Both the position numbers and the translations under genes were made by a program. Below, one piece after another: positions 9,555 to 18,698 of a DNA stretch of 64,000 nucleotides (positions are counted from its first letter, which is position 1; the number at the start of each line of letters is the position of its first letter). Source of the DNA: Candidatus Sumerlaeaceae bacterium (lineage in GTDB: Bacteria > Sumerlaeota > Sumerlaeia > Sumerlaeales > Sumerlaeaceae); contig JBMFRB010000001.1 of the NCBI GenBank assembly GCA_049968255.1, positions 288,001-352,000 on the forward strand. Reading direction: 5' to 3'. The notes beneath the pieces are model-generated. The model was not told the origin of the DNA. It made no database searches and saw only the letters and a list, made by a program, of their open reading frames with translations.

Positions 9555-10253
9555 TTACTTGGCGACGTTGGGTGTGTAGGCGACTTTGATTCCCGGGCTC
9601 ATTGTCGAGCTTAGGGTGATGCTACGCATGTACGTCCCTTTGGCTGCCGCTGGGCGAGCCTTAGCAACAGCGTCCAAGACGGCCAAAGCATTTTCTACCA
9701 ACTGGTCATTCGAAAACTGAAGTTTGCCGATTGGCACATGAATATTTCCCGTCTTGTCCACACGAAATTCGACCTTTCCGGCTTTGATGTCCTGAATCGC
9801 TTTAGCCACATCCATGGTCACGGTTCCGGTCTTGGGGTTCGGCATCAGGCCGCGCGGCCCAAGGATTTTGCCGAGCTTACCGACTTCGCGCATCATATCC
9901 GGCGTAGCAATGGCCGCATCGAAATCAGTGAAACCGCCAGCCACCTTCGCCACGAGGTCTTCCGCCCCGACGATTTCGGCTCCAGCCGCTTCGGCTTCCG
10001 TCGCCTTATCGCCTTTGGCGAAGACAGCCACGCGCACGGTCTTGCCGGTGCCATGAGGAAGCGTTACGGTGCCGCGCACCTGCTGATCAGCATGACGTGG
10101 GTCCACGCCAAGTTTGAGGTCGAGATTGACAGTTTCGTTGAACTTGGCGTAAGCAATCTTCTTCAGAGTGTCGACCGCTTCAGGTAGGGAATAAACCTTC
10201 TTTTGGTCGTACTTCTCAAGCGCTGCGCGATACTTTTTGCCGTGCTTTGGCAT
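9555..10253 (-). CDS. rplA: 50S ribosomal protein L1 (uL1)
   Basis: [52 protein letters not shown]; AAGGAG RBS. Confidence 0.98.
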   Translation of the reverse strand: MPKHGKKYRAALEKYDQKKVYSLPEAVDTLKKIAYAKFNETVNLDLKLGVDPRHADQQVRGTVTLPHGTGKTVRVAVFAKGDKATEAEAAGAEIVGAEDLVAKVAGGFTDFDAAIATPDMMREVGKLGKILGPRGLMPNPKTGTVTMDVAKAIQDIKAGKVEFRVDKTGNIHVPIGKLQFSNDQLVENALAVLDAVAKARPAAAKGTYMRSITLSSTMSPGIKVAYTPNVAK

Positions 10254-10273
10254 GAGTTTTTCTCCTTATCTTT

Positions 10274-10309
10274 GTGGTCGGTAGCGGCGATCGAGCGATC
10301 GCCTCCCAC
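10274..10309 (-). promoter_or_regulatory. Putative L1-binding autoregulatory mRNA element
   Basis: Minus strand GTGGGAG-GCGATCG-CT-CGATCGC-CGCTACCG-ACCAC just upstream of the rplA RBS; resembles the GUGGGAG...ACCAC L1 site that normally precedes rplA. Confidence 0.7.
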
Positions 10310-10369
10310 GCGCTTTCAGCCAGAAGCCACAAAGCGCCAGGACAAGGTACGCCGTCGGGGCGAGTTCAT

Positions 10370-10960
10370 TCACGAACGTCCTGCTTGTTTTGAGGCGCGT
10401 TTCCGCGAGAACAGGCGCGAAAGAAACATCTGGATGGCAAGAGAAGCAAGCAAAAGCGCGACGAACGACCACGGCAGCATGTCGTGGAGCGGAGCAAAGC
10501 CAGCGCAGAGAAATGTTGCCCCAACAAAGGCCGTGACGACAATGGCGAGAGTGCGTCTAATCCAGAGTGCACCCCCTGCTCCGGCAGCCCCCACCACAAC
10601 CAAGATGATAGCTATTTGCGGCGTCAGCGTATAGGGTTGTCCTCCTAATCCTGCATGCATTTGCAAAATGAGTCGCGCTACGAGGATGCCAAACAAAAAG
10701 CCTACCAATGCGAGGAGAAAGGAATTGAGCGCCCGGATGAAAAAGACACCACCGATCGCGCCCATAAGCGAACAGCCAAGCTGGAGAAGTGCAGCCGCGC
10801 CGGCCTCCATTCCCAGGGCTAGCGAAAAGGCCACCCCAAAGACAAAGCCCAACCCAAGACCAAAAACTGCACCAATCAAGCGCGAGCCTAACCAAAGCGC
10901 AACCCATCCGCCGAAACAAAGAATTACGCCGAAAGTGAGTAAAAGTGTGTCGGCACTCAT
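10370..10960 (-). CDS. Gly-rich multi-pass membrane protein (DUF4203/TMEM198-like)
   Basis: About 6-7 hydrophobic helices; LCFGG motif; TAFVGA near the C-terminus; basic tail; GAGG RBS. Confidence 0.7.
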   Translation of the reverse strand: MSADTLLLTFGVILCFGGWVALWLGSRLIGAVFGLGLGFVFGVAFSLALGMEAGAAALLQLGCSLMGAIGGVFFIRALNSFLLALVGFLFGILVARLILQMHAGLGGQPYTLTPQIAIILVVVGAAGAGGALWIRRTLAIVVTAFVGATFLCAGFAPLHDMLPWSFVALLLASLAIQMFLSRLFSRKRASKQAGRS

Positions 10961-11015
10961 GGCACCTCTTTTTGCTCCACCATGGGCAAGTTCATTTGCT
11001 CACGTGCATCACGGC

Positions 11016-12011
11016 TTACTCGGATTCTTTTTCGTAGGGGACACCATCGGCTGCTGGTGGTGTGGCACGCCCAATAAAGCCTGCGATCACCACGATCGTG
11101 AGCAAATACGGAAGCGCCTGGATCGCTTGGGTAGGTATATGTCCAGCCACGGCGCCCAGCCACGTGCTAGCCGCGCTACCACCTTGGCGGAGAATCTGAA
11201 GCTGATTCTGAAGTGTCTCGGCCCCACCGAAGATGAGGCAGGCCACGGCTGCACCCAGAGGTGACCATTTTCCAACAATCATGGCAGCCAGCGCTGTGTA
11301 ACCACGGCCATTTGTCATATTCGAAGAAAAGAGACCTTGGTCTGCTGCAAGCCACACCCCGCCAAGGCTCGCCGCGATTCCACCGATCAGGACACCGGTG
11401 AAACGATAAAAACTCACATTGACTCCCAGCGCATCTGCAGCGGCGGGATTCTCCCCCACCGCACGTAGGCGAAGACCATAGCGCGTTCGATAGAGGAGAA
11501 ACCATGCCCCCACAAATGTCAGAATTGTGATGGCGATGAGTGGATGCAAAAGCTGGTTGAGGGGAGCAAACCAGTTTTCAGAGGGGAAGGCACGCCACGT
11601 TGTGAAGGTCGGGCAACGCTCGGAGTTGCTTGCCGAGCCAAAGATGCGCTTGAGAAGAAAATTTGTTCCGCCTAACGCAAGAATGTTGATGGCCAGCCCC
11701 GAGATGATGTTGTCCACCCTGAACACAACGCATGCCACGGCGTGGAGCATGGAAAGCAGGAGCGCCGTGAGAACTGCCACGATGAGCCCTAGCCAAGGTG
11801 CCCACGCGGTGGCACTTGCAAACTGCGGTCCATACTTGCTGGCCACCCACCAGCTCGTCGTTGCGTAAGCAAAGGCGGCAGAAAGCATGATGCCCTCAAG
11901 GGCGATATTGACGACGCCTCCACGCTCGCTGATGGTTCCGCCGAGAGCACCGTTCGCATAAGGCACACTGATGCGCACTGTGCTGGCGATAATCGCAATG
12001 GGATTGATCAT
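11016..12011 (-). CDS. ABC transporter permease (nucleoside/sugar, BPD_transp_2 family)
   Basis: SERGGVVNIALEGIML, RTRYGLRLRAVGENPAAADALGVNV, GRGYTALAAMIVGKWSP, ALPYLLT. Confidence 0.92.
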   Translation of the reverse strand: MINPIAIIASTVRISVPYANGALGGTISERGGVVNIALEGIMLSAAFAYATTSWWVASKYGPQFASATAWAPWLGLIVAVLTALLLSMLHAVACVVFRVDNIISGLAINILALGGTNFLLKRIFGSASNSERCPTFTTWRAFPSENWFAPLNQLLHPLIAITILTFVGAWFLLYRTRYGLRLRAVGENPAAADALGVNVSFYRFTGVLIGGIAASLGGVWLAADQGLFSSNMTNGRGYTALAAMIVGKWSPLGAAVACLIFGGAETLQNQLQILRQGGSAASTWLGAVAGHIPTQAIQALPYLLTIVVIAGFIGRATPPAADGVPYEKESE

Positions 12012-12058
12012 CGGCGTCGTCCCTTTCTTACATCACTCTTTTCGATACGTGTTTGGGG

Positions 12059-12088
12059 ACTAAAGCTCTTTTCGTGATGAGCTGTCAA
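12059..12088 (-). promoter_or_regulatory. Candidate sigma70 promoter for permease-DUF4203-rplA
   Basis: Minus strand TTGACA (12088-12083), 18-nt spacer, TTTAGT; perfect -35, weak -10. Confidence 0.3.
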
Positions 12089-12254
12089 GTGAGGCCTCCA
12101 CTTCCGCATTCTGCGAACGTGAGCTGGTCAGGAGCGAAGAATTCTTGCGTCGCTACGGTGTTTGCTTTCAGCATCGGAGAAGGGACAAGGTAAGGGATGT
12201 TGTGTGATGGGATTAGCAAGTTAGTTTTATAATAAATCGACGTGAGGTTGACTC

Positions 12255-13130
12255 ATGAATCTTTGCGGCTCGATGTGTGCCATTGTGACGCCATTCCGTT
12301 ATGGCAAAGTAGACCAAGCGGCCTTTGCCGCACTCATCGAAGATCAGATCGCCAACGGCACGTCGGCCATTGTCCCCTGTGGCACGACGGGTGAGTCGGC
12401 GACCCTGACCCACGACGAACACCATCTGGTCATTGATCTGGCCATCAAGTATGTGAACAAACGCGTGCCTGTGATTGCGGGAACGGGTTCGAATTCGACG
12501 GCCGAAGCAATTAGCCTGACCCGGCATGCCAAGCAAGCCGGTGCTGACGCAGTTCTCCTGATTACCCCTTACTACAATAAGCCGACTCAGGAGGGGCTTT
12601 ATGCTCATTATATGGCAATTGCCGATGCTGTGGAAATTCCGCAGCTTGTTTACAATGTGCCGGGGCGCACGGGCGTGAGCATTGCGCCGGAGACTGTGGC
12701 GCGCCTTGCACAGCATCCGAATATCGTGGGGATCAAGGAAGCCAGTGGTTCGACCGACTATGTCTCCAAGCTTGCGTCGCTATGCGATATCACGATTCTT
12801 TCGGGCAATGACAGCATGACTCTCCCGCTGATGGCACTCGGAGCGAAAGGCGTGATCAGCGTTGTGGCCAATGTTGCTCCGAAGCACATGAGCGAGTTGG
12901 TCACAGCCGCGCTCGAAGGCCACTGGGTGCCGGCCCGTCAGCTGCATTACGAGCTTTTTGAATTGATGGACGTGCTCTTCTGCGAGACAAACCCCATTCC
13001 AGTGAAGGCGGCTCTGGCCATGATGGGAGTCATTTCGCCGGAGATTCGCTTGCCCTTGACGCCCTTGAGTGAAAAGAACGTACCGAAGGTTCGGACAGCC
13101 CTGGAAAAACTAGGGCTTGTCCGCAGCTAG
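12255..13130 (+). CDS. dapA: 4-hydroxy-tetrahydrodipicolinate synthase
   Basis: CGTTGES, AGTGSNST, PYYNKPTQEG, YNVPGRT, GIKEASG, ETNPIPVK. Confidence 0.97.
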   Translation: MNLCGSMCAIVTPFRYGKVDQAAFAALIEDQIANGTSAIVPCGTTGESATLTHDEHHLVIDLAIKYVNKRVPVIAGTGSNSTAEAISLTRHAKQAGADAVLLITPYYNKPTQEGLYAHYMAIADAVEIPQLVYNVPGRTGVSIAPETVARLAQHPNIVGIKEASGSTDYVSKLASLCDITILSGNDSMTLPLMALGAKGVISVVANVAPKHMSELVTAALEGHWVPARQLHYELFELMDVLFCETNPIPVKAALAMMGVISPEIRLPLTPLSEKNVPKVRTALEKLGLVRS

Positions 13131-13165
13131 TTCTGATTCAAGCTTGGTACTAACCGGGAGAGCCC

Positions 13166-13942
13166 ATGGAAGAAGATCTCTTGCCTTTTTTGAGCGACCT
13201 TGTGACCGCGGCAGGCAAGATCACCTTGCGCTATTACCAAACTGCGCTGGAGGTTGCTCGCAAAAGTGATGCTTCGCCGGTGACGACTGCGGACAGGGAA
13301 AGTGAGGAGTTCCTGCGCCGCGAAATCAGCCGGGCTTTCCCGCAGGATGAGATACTCGGCGAGGAGTTTGGTGCGTCTGGGACAAGGTCAAGCGGGCGTC
13401 GCTGGATTCTTGATCCCCTAGACGCGACAAAGACTTTCCTCCATGGGGTGCCGTTGTACGGTGTGCTGGTAGGCGTCGAGCTAGGCGGCGACCTTTGTGC
13501 TGGGGCAATTGCCATTCCTGCTCTCGGTGAAATTGTAGTAGCCCAGCGCGGCAAAGGGTGTTGGTGGAACGGGCGCCGCTGCACGGTCTCGGCAACCCCG
13601 ACCCTCTCCGAGGCTCTCCTACTGACGACCGATGTGGCAAACAACTATCGCTACGGCCACGGCAGAGAATGGAAGGCCCTAAGCGCGGGAGCTCGCATGG
13701 TGCGCACTTGGGGCGACTGCTATGGCTACGTGTTGGTGGCAACCGGCCGAGCGGACGTCATGGTGGATCCCATCGCGGAGTTATGGGATATCGCTGCCGT
13801 GAAACCAATTATTGAAGAAGCCGGCGGCAAATTTACAGATTATGCCGGCAACGCCACGATCCAAAGTCGCTGTGGCATTGCGACAAACGGCACGCTTCAC
13901 GACGAAGTGCTGGCCATTGTGTCTAGGGCACAAGCCGAATAG
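13166..13942 (+). CDS. hisN: Histidinol-phosphatase, inositol monophosphatase family
   Basis: KSDASPVTTADRESE, ILGEEFG, WILDPLDATK, RTWGDCYGYVLVATGR, WDIAA. Confidence 0.85.
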   Translation: MEEDLLPFLSDLVTAAGKITLRYYQTALEVARKSDASPVTTADRESEEFLRREISRAFPQDEILGEEFGASGTRSSGRRWILDPLDATKTFLHGVPLYGVLVGVELGGDLCAGAIAIPALGEIVVAQRGKGCWWNGRRCTVSATPTLSEALLLTTDVANNYRYGHGREWKALSAGARMVRTWGDCYGYVLVATGRADVMVDPIAELWDIAAVKPIIEEAGGKFTDYAGNATIQSRCGIATNGTLHDEVLAIVSRAQAE

Positions 13943-13998
13943 GTTGCGTCCACGCTTGTAAGCGTAACGGGCACCACGCATGGGCGTGGCGCAAAGGT

Positions 13999-14073
13999 GG
14001 GCGTGTAGCTCAGCGGTAGAGCAGCGGACTTTTAATCCGTTGGTCGAAGGTTCGATTCCTTCCACGCTCACCA
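13999..14073 (+). tRNA. tRNA-Lys (anticodon TTT), CCA encoded
   Basis: Acceptor GGGCGTG/CACGCTC, D-arm TAGCTCAGCGGTAGAGC, anticodon arm GCGGA-CTTTTAA-TCCGT, T-loop GGTTCGATTCC. Confidence 0.97.
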
Positions 14074-14082
14074 GTTTGTCTT

Positions 14083-14703
14083 TCAGCGGGTTGTCACAAA
14101 GTTTGTTTCCTCAAGCGCCTCAAAATCACATTCGAGCGCTGTCCGGTCGCAAAAGTCTTCCGTTCGCGAGACAAGTGTGAGTTCGTCGAGTCCTAGCCCC
14201 GTGGTGTCTTCGAAAAGATCCACGAAATGATCCACCACGCGGGTGGCATGGGCCGAGAAAAACACAATCCCAGTCTTGAGATTCCACAGCGCCTCGTAAA
14301 CTGCCGTGGTGGGCGCAACTGTGGCCAGAAGTGCTTCCTTTACGCCTTGGCGGATCTGCTGCACTTCCTCTCGCGAGAGTTTGCGTTGGCGCCTCTCGGC
14401 CAGAGAAGCCCGAATCTTTTCCGCGATTCTCGATTTGAGCAGCAATGAAGGCACTGTTTTGCGATCCCACCGCATGCCTAGGAGCAGCCAGTCCCCCACA
14501 AGCACTTTGTCCAGAGTGAGATCTGCGTCGAAAGGATCACTGGGATTGACCCATCCGATACTTTGCTCGGGGTTATTCTTCGGATCAATCTCGCGAAAGG
14601 CGTGGCGTTGCAATCCCATCAGGAGCTTCTCGTGAAACCCCTTTGGGAGGGAGTCCGCAACGCGGAACTTCCTGTATGTCACGCTGCCGTTGATGAGTCC
14701 CAT
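14083..14703 (-). CDS. RdgC-like recombination-associated protein (short form)
   Basis: MGLINGSVTYRKFRV, SIGWV, RWDRKTVP, FVDLFEDT pattern typical of short RdgC homologues. Confidence 0.7.
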   Translation of the reverse strand: MGLINGSVTYRKFRVADSLPKGFHEKLLMGLQRHAFREIDPKNNPEQSIGWVNPSDPFDADLTLDKVLVGDWLLLGMRWDRKTVPSLLLKSRIAEKIRASLAERRQRKLSREEVQQIRQGVKEALLATVAPTTAVYEALWNLKTGIVFFSAHATRVVDHFVDLFEDTTGLGLDELTLVSRTEDFCDRTALECDFEALEETNFVTTR

Positions 14704-14756
14704 GTGTTCGGCCTGTCCGGTGAGATTGAGGTTTGTTGTTTTGTCTGAAGAGAAAG

Positions 14757-16025
14757 TTACTTCGTTGTTTGGGTGTCGTTTTTTGCAGATCGCGCTTGCT
14801 CTTCGATAGTCAACTGCTTCTCTGCAGCCACAAAATGGCCAGCCTTCACAACCGCCATTTGGACCGGTTTGCGGCAGTCTCCCTCTTTATCAAAGTAGGT
14901 TTTGCCCGTCAGACCGTCGTACGCTGCGGCTGGCGAATTGATGCTCTTCAAATACTGATGAATGCCTTCCCGTGTTGGACCCTTGGTCTCGATCGCTTTG
15001 ATGATCAACTGAAAGGCGTCGTAGCTGAGCGCCGCCCATGCATCAGGCTCTCGATTGTACTTGGCACGGAACTGCTCGGCAAATTTCTTGGCGCGCTCGC
15101 CCCCCAGTTCGAAGAGGAATGGACAGGAAACATAGGTGCCCTCGGCAGCAGGACCGGCTAGCGTGATGAACTGCTCAGAGAACACCCCATCGCCGCCAAT
15201 GAGCGGTGTTTTGATACCAAGCTCGCGCGCCTGTTTCGCAATGACTGCAGCGTGTTTATATAAGCCTGCCACGAGCAGCAGATCCGGCTGATAGCTTTGC
15301 ATGGTCGTCAATTGGCTTCGGAAATCATTGGTATCTTTAGCGTAGGCTGTCTCGCTGACAATTGAAACGCCAAGCGATTCGGCCTTCTTTTTGAAGCTTT
15401 CTTTGAGCCCACGCCCGTAGTCGTCGTTGTCGAAGAGGATCCCGACTTTCTTTGCACCAAGAATTTCGCCGGCGTAGCGAGCAAGTGACTGCCCCTGGAA
15501 ATCATCCGTGAAAATGTTGCGGAAGACGTAGTCACTGTTTTTAGTCACATTGACGTTCGTCGAGGCTGGTGAGAACATGACCATTTTGGCTTCTGTGTAG
15601 GCGCTCTTGGCCGCTAGCGAGCACGAGCTATTGAAGTGACCGATCACCGCGAGCACGTCGGGATTGCTAGCGATCTTCGTCGCCACATTGTAAGCTTCGG
15701 CGGGATTACCGGCGTCGTCTTCGAGCATGAGCTGGATGGGACGCCCCGCAACTCCGCCTTTGGCGTTCAGCTCTTCGGCTGCGAGTTCGACCGCCATTTT
15801 GATTTGAACACCGAACTCCGAGCTATCGCCGGTAAAAGGTGCTGCCACAGCAAGGAGTATCGGCTTGTGTGTTGCTTGGGTAGGCTGGGGAGACGAAGTT
15901 TGTTCCTTGCCGGCCCCTGGCTTTTGGAGCGCAGCTTCTTTGGGTTGCTGGCCACATCCGCCAATGAGCAACATGGCGCTAGAGAGAATAGACCACCAAA
16001 CAATGTTTTTCAGGCGCTTCATCAT
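14757..16025 (-). CDS. Branched-chain amino acid ABC substrate-binding lipoprotein (LivJ/LivK family)
   Basis: Lipobox IGGC; APFTG, EDDAGNP, VIGHFNSS, SPAST, DYGRGL; start set at ATG 16025 (GAGG RBS), since the longer ORF overlaps the neighbouring gene. Confidence 0.92.
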   Translation of the reverse strand: MMKRLKNIVWWSILSSAMLLIGGCGQQPKEAALQKPGAGKEQTSSPQPTQATHKPILLAVAAPFTGDSSEFGVQIKMAVELAAEELNAKGGVAGRPIQLMLEDDAGNPAEAYNVATKIASNPDVLAVIGHFNSSCSLAAKSAYTEAKMVMFSPASTNVNVTKNSDYVFRNIFTDDFQGQSLARYAGEILGAKKVGILFDNDDYGRGLKESFKKKAESLGVSIVSETAYAKDTNDFRSQLTTMQSYQPDLLLVAGLYKHAAVIAKQARELGIKTPLIGGDGVFSEQFITLAGPAAEGTYVSCPFLFELGGERAKKFAEQFRAKYNREPDAWAALSYDAFQLIIKAIETKGPTREGIHQYLKSINSPAAAYDGLTGKTYFDKEGDCRKPVQMAVVKAGHFVAAEKQLTIEEQARSAKNDTQTTK

Positions 16026-16061
16026 AGACAACTTGTCCTCGCTCGTGATGAATGACAGGGG

Positions 16062-17996
16062 ATGGTAATGGCTGAGCTGAAGGAGAGTCAACCAAAGGTT
16101 TTGCCGCCTGCCACGTTGCTTGTGGTTCGCGGCCCGAACATGGGCGTGCGCTACGAGCTGGGCGAGCGGACCCGCATCGGGCGCGACCTGGCCAATGAGA
16201 TTTCGCTCGCCGATCCTGGAGTGTCGCGCCTGCATGCCGAGATTGTTCGCGAGCGCTTTGCTTACACGATCCGCGACTGTGGGTCGCGCAATGGGATCAT
16301 TGTCAATGGTATCCGCGTGACACACAAACAGCTTCTGCGTAACGATGAAATTCAGATCGGCAACACCGTTTTCCTGTTTAACTCCGACCTCAAATTGGAG
16401 AACGCAATCTTCACGCAATCGGTTGCAGTGCTGTATCCGGGCGATGCAGTGACGCAGGAACTCTCTGCGGAGCCATCAGCTTTTGTTGTTCCGTCGGGAC
16501 GCGACAAGATCCTTATCGAGTTTCTCGAGACTTTGGCGAATGTCTTCAGCCAGTCATCGCTCCGGACTGAGACGTTCGGCCGTAGACTTCTGAAGCATCT
16601 TCTGGATCTCTTTTCTGCTGATCAAGCTGCCCTGTTTGTGCGCGATGTGCTCACGCAAAAGCCCCGCCTCGCTCTTGTTCTTCCGGAGGGAGGCACAGCA
16701 GTGATCGAGCGCAGCGCAATCATGCGGGCGTTCGAGGAACAGCGCCCCGTGCTGGCATGCGAGCAGCCCGAGAGCCTAGCGCGCATTCCTCTAGCGGGAC
16801 ATGATGGTCCGCTCGCAGCCTTACCTGAGGTACAGCAAGGACTGACGATGATGTGCGCTCCTCTGGCCAGCGGCGAAACAACTTTAGGTGTTCTCGTTGT
16901 GAAAAAAGCAGGACCGAACCAGTTTACAGCTGCAGACCTTGCTTTGCTTCAGGCTATTGCTCGCATTTCGGCAGGCTTTCTGCGTGGGGCTCAGCTCGGT
17001 GATTATGTCGAAATTTTTGGGCCACGGCAATCGAGGCCAGACTTCGTGCCCTCGCGCAACCCCAAGGTGAGAGCACTGTTTGACCAAGCCAAGCGCGTAG
17101 CCCAAAGCGAGGCGAGTGTCGTCATCACGGGTGAGAGTGGCACCGGCAAGGAAGTCTTGGCGCGCTTCATTCACGAGGCCAGCCCGCGGCGCCAGGGACC
17201 ATTTGTGGCAGTGAACTGCGCCGCCATTCCACCTACGCTCTTTGAAAGCGAGTTGTTCGGCTACGAGCGTGGTGCGTTCACAGGCGCGGCTCGCACCACG
17301 CGTGGCAAAATTGAGGCGGCTGACGGCGGAACGCTATTTCTGGACGAAATCGGAACGCTCGATATCGCACTTCAGCCGAAACTGCTGCGATTCCTGCAAG
17401 AGCGTGTGTTCTATCGAGTTGGGGGAACACGGCCGATCGAAGCGAACGTGCGTGTGATTGTGGCTACTAATGAAAACCTTGAAGAGGCGGTGAACGAGGG
17501 GCGTTTTCGCGAGGATTTGTGGTATCGGCTCAATGTCGTTTCCTTCCACATGCCGCCACTCCGAGAGCGCCGGGAAGATATTGCACCGCTCGCGGAGCAT
17601 TTGCTGCAACAGGCTGCAAAGCGCAGTGGCAAAACAGTGCTGGGACTGGATGTGTCGGCGCTGCGGCTTCTGGAGCGATATTCGTGGCCGGGAAACATCC
17701 GCGAATTAGCTAATGCGATTGAGCGGGCCGTGATTTTGGCTGACTCTCCCTTGCTGACGGAAAAAGATTTTTTGTTCCTCGAGCGGCAAATCGAACGCCA
17801 ATACTCCACCACTGCCTTGGCAAATGCCGATGAGATTATCCCCTTGGCTGAGGTGGAACGGCAGCATATTTTGCAGGTGCTTGAACATTTCGACTGGAAT
17901 CAGGCCCGAGCGGCTGAAGCACTTGGCGTTCACCGAAACACTTTGCGCAATAAGATCATTGAGTACGGCTTGCACCGGCCAGATTCAAAGCGCTAG
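16062..17996 (+). CDS. Sigma54-dependent enhancer-binding protein with FHA-GAF-AAA+-HTH architecture
   Basis: FHA (IGR..., VSRLHA, SRNG); GAF (MMCAPL); GESGTGKE; GAFTGA; FLDEIG; WPGNIREL; Fis-type HTH. Confidence 0.95.
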   Translation: MVMAELKESQPKVLPPATLLVVRGPNMGVRYELGERTRIGRDLANEISLADPGVSRLHAEIVRERFAYTIRDCGSRNGIIVNGIRVTHKQLLRNDEIQIGNTVFLFNSDLKLENAIFTQSVAVLYPGDAVTQELSAEPSAFVVPSGRDKILIEFLETLANVFSQSSLRTETFGRRLLKHLLDLFSADQAALFVRDVLTQKPRLALVLPEGGTAVIERSAIMRAFEEQRPVLACEQPESLARIPLAGHDGPLAALPEVQQGLTMMCAPLASGETTLGVLVVKKAGPNQFTAADLALLQAIARISAGFLRGAQLGDYVEIFGPRQSRPDFVPSRNPKVRALFDQAKRVAQSEASVVITGESGTGKEVLARFIHEASPRRQGPFVAVNCAAIPPTLFESELFGYERGAFTGAARTTRGKIEAADGGTLFLDEIGTLDIALQPKLLRFLQERVFYRVGGTRPIEANVRVIVATNENLEEAVNEGRFREDLWYRLNVVSFHMPPLRERREDIAPLAEHLLQQAAKRSGKTVLGLDVSALRLLERYSWPGNIRELANAIERAVILADSPLLTEKDFLFLERQIERQYSTTALANADEIIPLAEVERQHILQVLEHFDWNQARAAEALGVHRNTLRNKIIEYGLHRPDSKR

Positions 17997-18029
17997 GCAG
18001 CTCACCAGCTGCAGAGGAGTCTCGCGCAA

Positions 18030-18656
18030 CTACCGCACGACGCGGTCAAAAATGGGGTGACCTTTCGCGTTCGCGAGATCGGCATCGCGCAAAACCGTGC
18101 AGCGGAAAATTGCGCGTTCGAGATCGGCCCCGCGAAAAATGGCACCCGAGCAATCAGCATTGGCGAATCGTGAGTAAAAAAGATGCGCGTCGGAGAAATC
18201 AGCGCCGACGAGGGAGGCTCCGACGAAATTCACGTTTTCTGCTACAGCGCGACAAAATCTCGCTCTGTCACATTGCGCCAGACCGAGGCATGCAAACAGA
18301 AGCGAAGCGCCGGAAAGGTCAGCGTCGGTCAGTTTTATGCCTTCCGCCAGGACATGATCGAGCTGGGCAGAGCGCAATGAGCATGACGAGAAATCAGCAT
18401 ATGAGAGATCCGAATAGGAAAAATTCGCGTGCTCAAGATTTTCACCGCTGAGCTCCACACCTGCTAAGCACACCCCCACCAGGGTATGGCGACCTTTCAT
18501 TGCATCGAGGATTCTCTGGCGCAATGCGGCTTTGTCGTCGGTGTGGCTCCAACACCGAGGCGTATCCCAGACGGCGGGGGCCGAACAATTTGCAAAGTTG
18601 CACGGCACCCGTGGGGGTAGGCATTCGTTTCTGAGGGATTCGAGACAGAATTCCAT
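18030..18656 (-). CDS. Pentapeptide-repeat protein with N-terminal Cys/His cluster
   Basis: A(D/N)LxxA-type repeats (ANFSYSDLSYADF, ADLSGASL, GADLERAIF); N-terminal C-x4-C-x10-C-x2-H. Confidence 0.85.
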   Translation of the reverse strand: MEFCLESLRNECLPPRVPCNFANCSAPAVWDTPRCWSHTDDKAALRQRILDAMKGRHTLVGVCLAGVELSGENLEHANFSYSDLSYADFSSCSLRSAQLDHVLAEGIKLTDADLSGASLLFACLGLAQCDRARFCRAVAENVNFVGASLVGADFSDAHLFYSRFANADCSGAIFRGADLERAIFRCTVLRDADLANAKGHPIFDRVVR

Positions 18657-18698
18657 TACGTAATTTAGCTCCTCACAAAATACAACCGCTGCAGCGAA

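Noticed and set aside
13999-14083. tRNA-Lys as an integration site
   Set aside because: No integrase nearby, and I saw no duplicated tRNA 3' end in the window.
16026-16418. N-terminal extension of the 553-aa minus-strand ORF
   Set aside because: It overlaps the FHA domain of the sigma54 activator on the other strand; the signal peptide and RBS point to a start at 16025.
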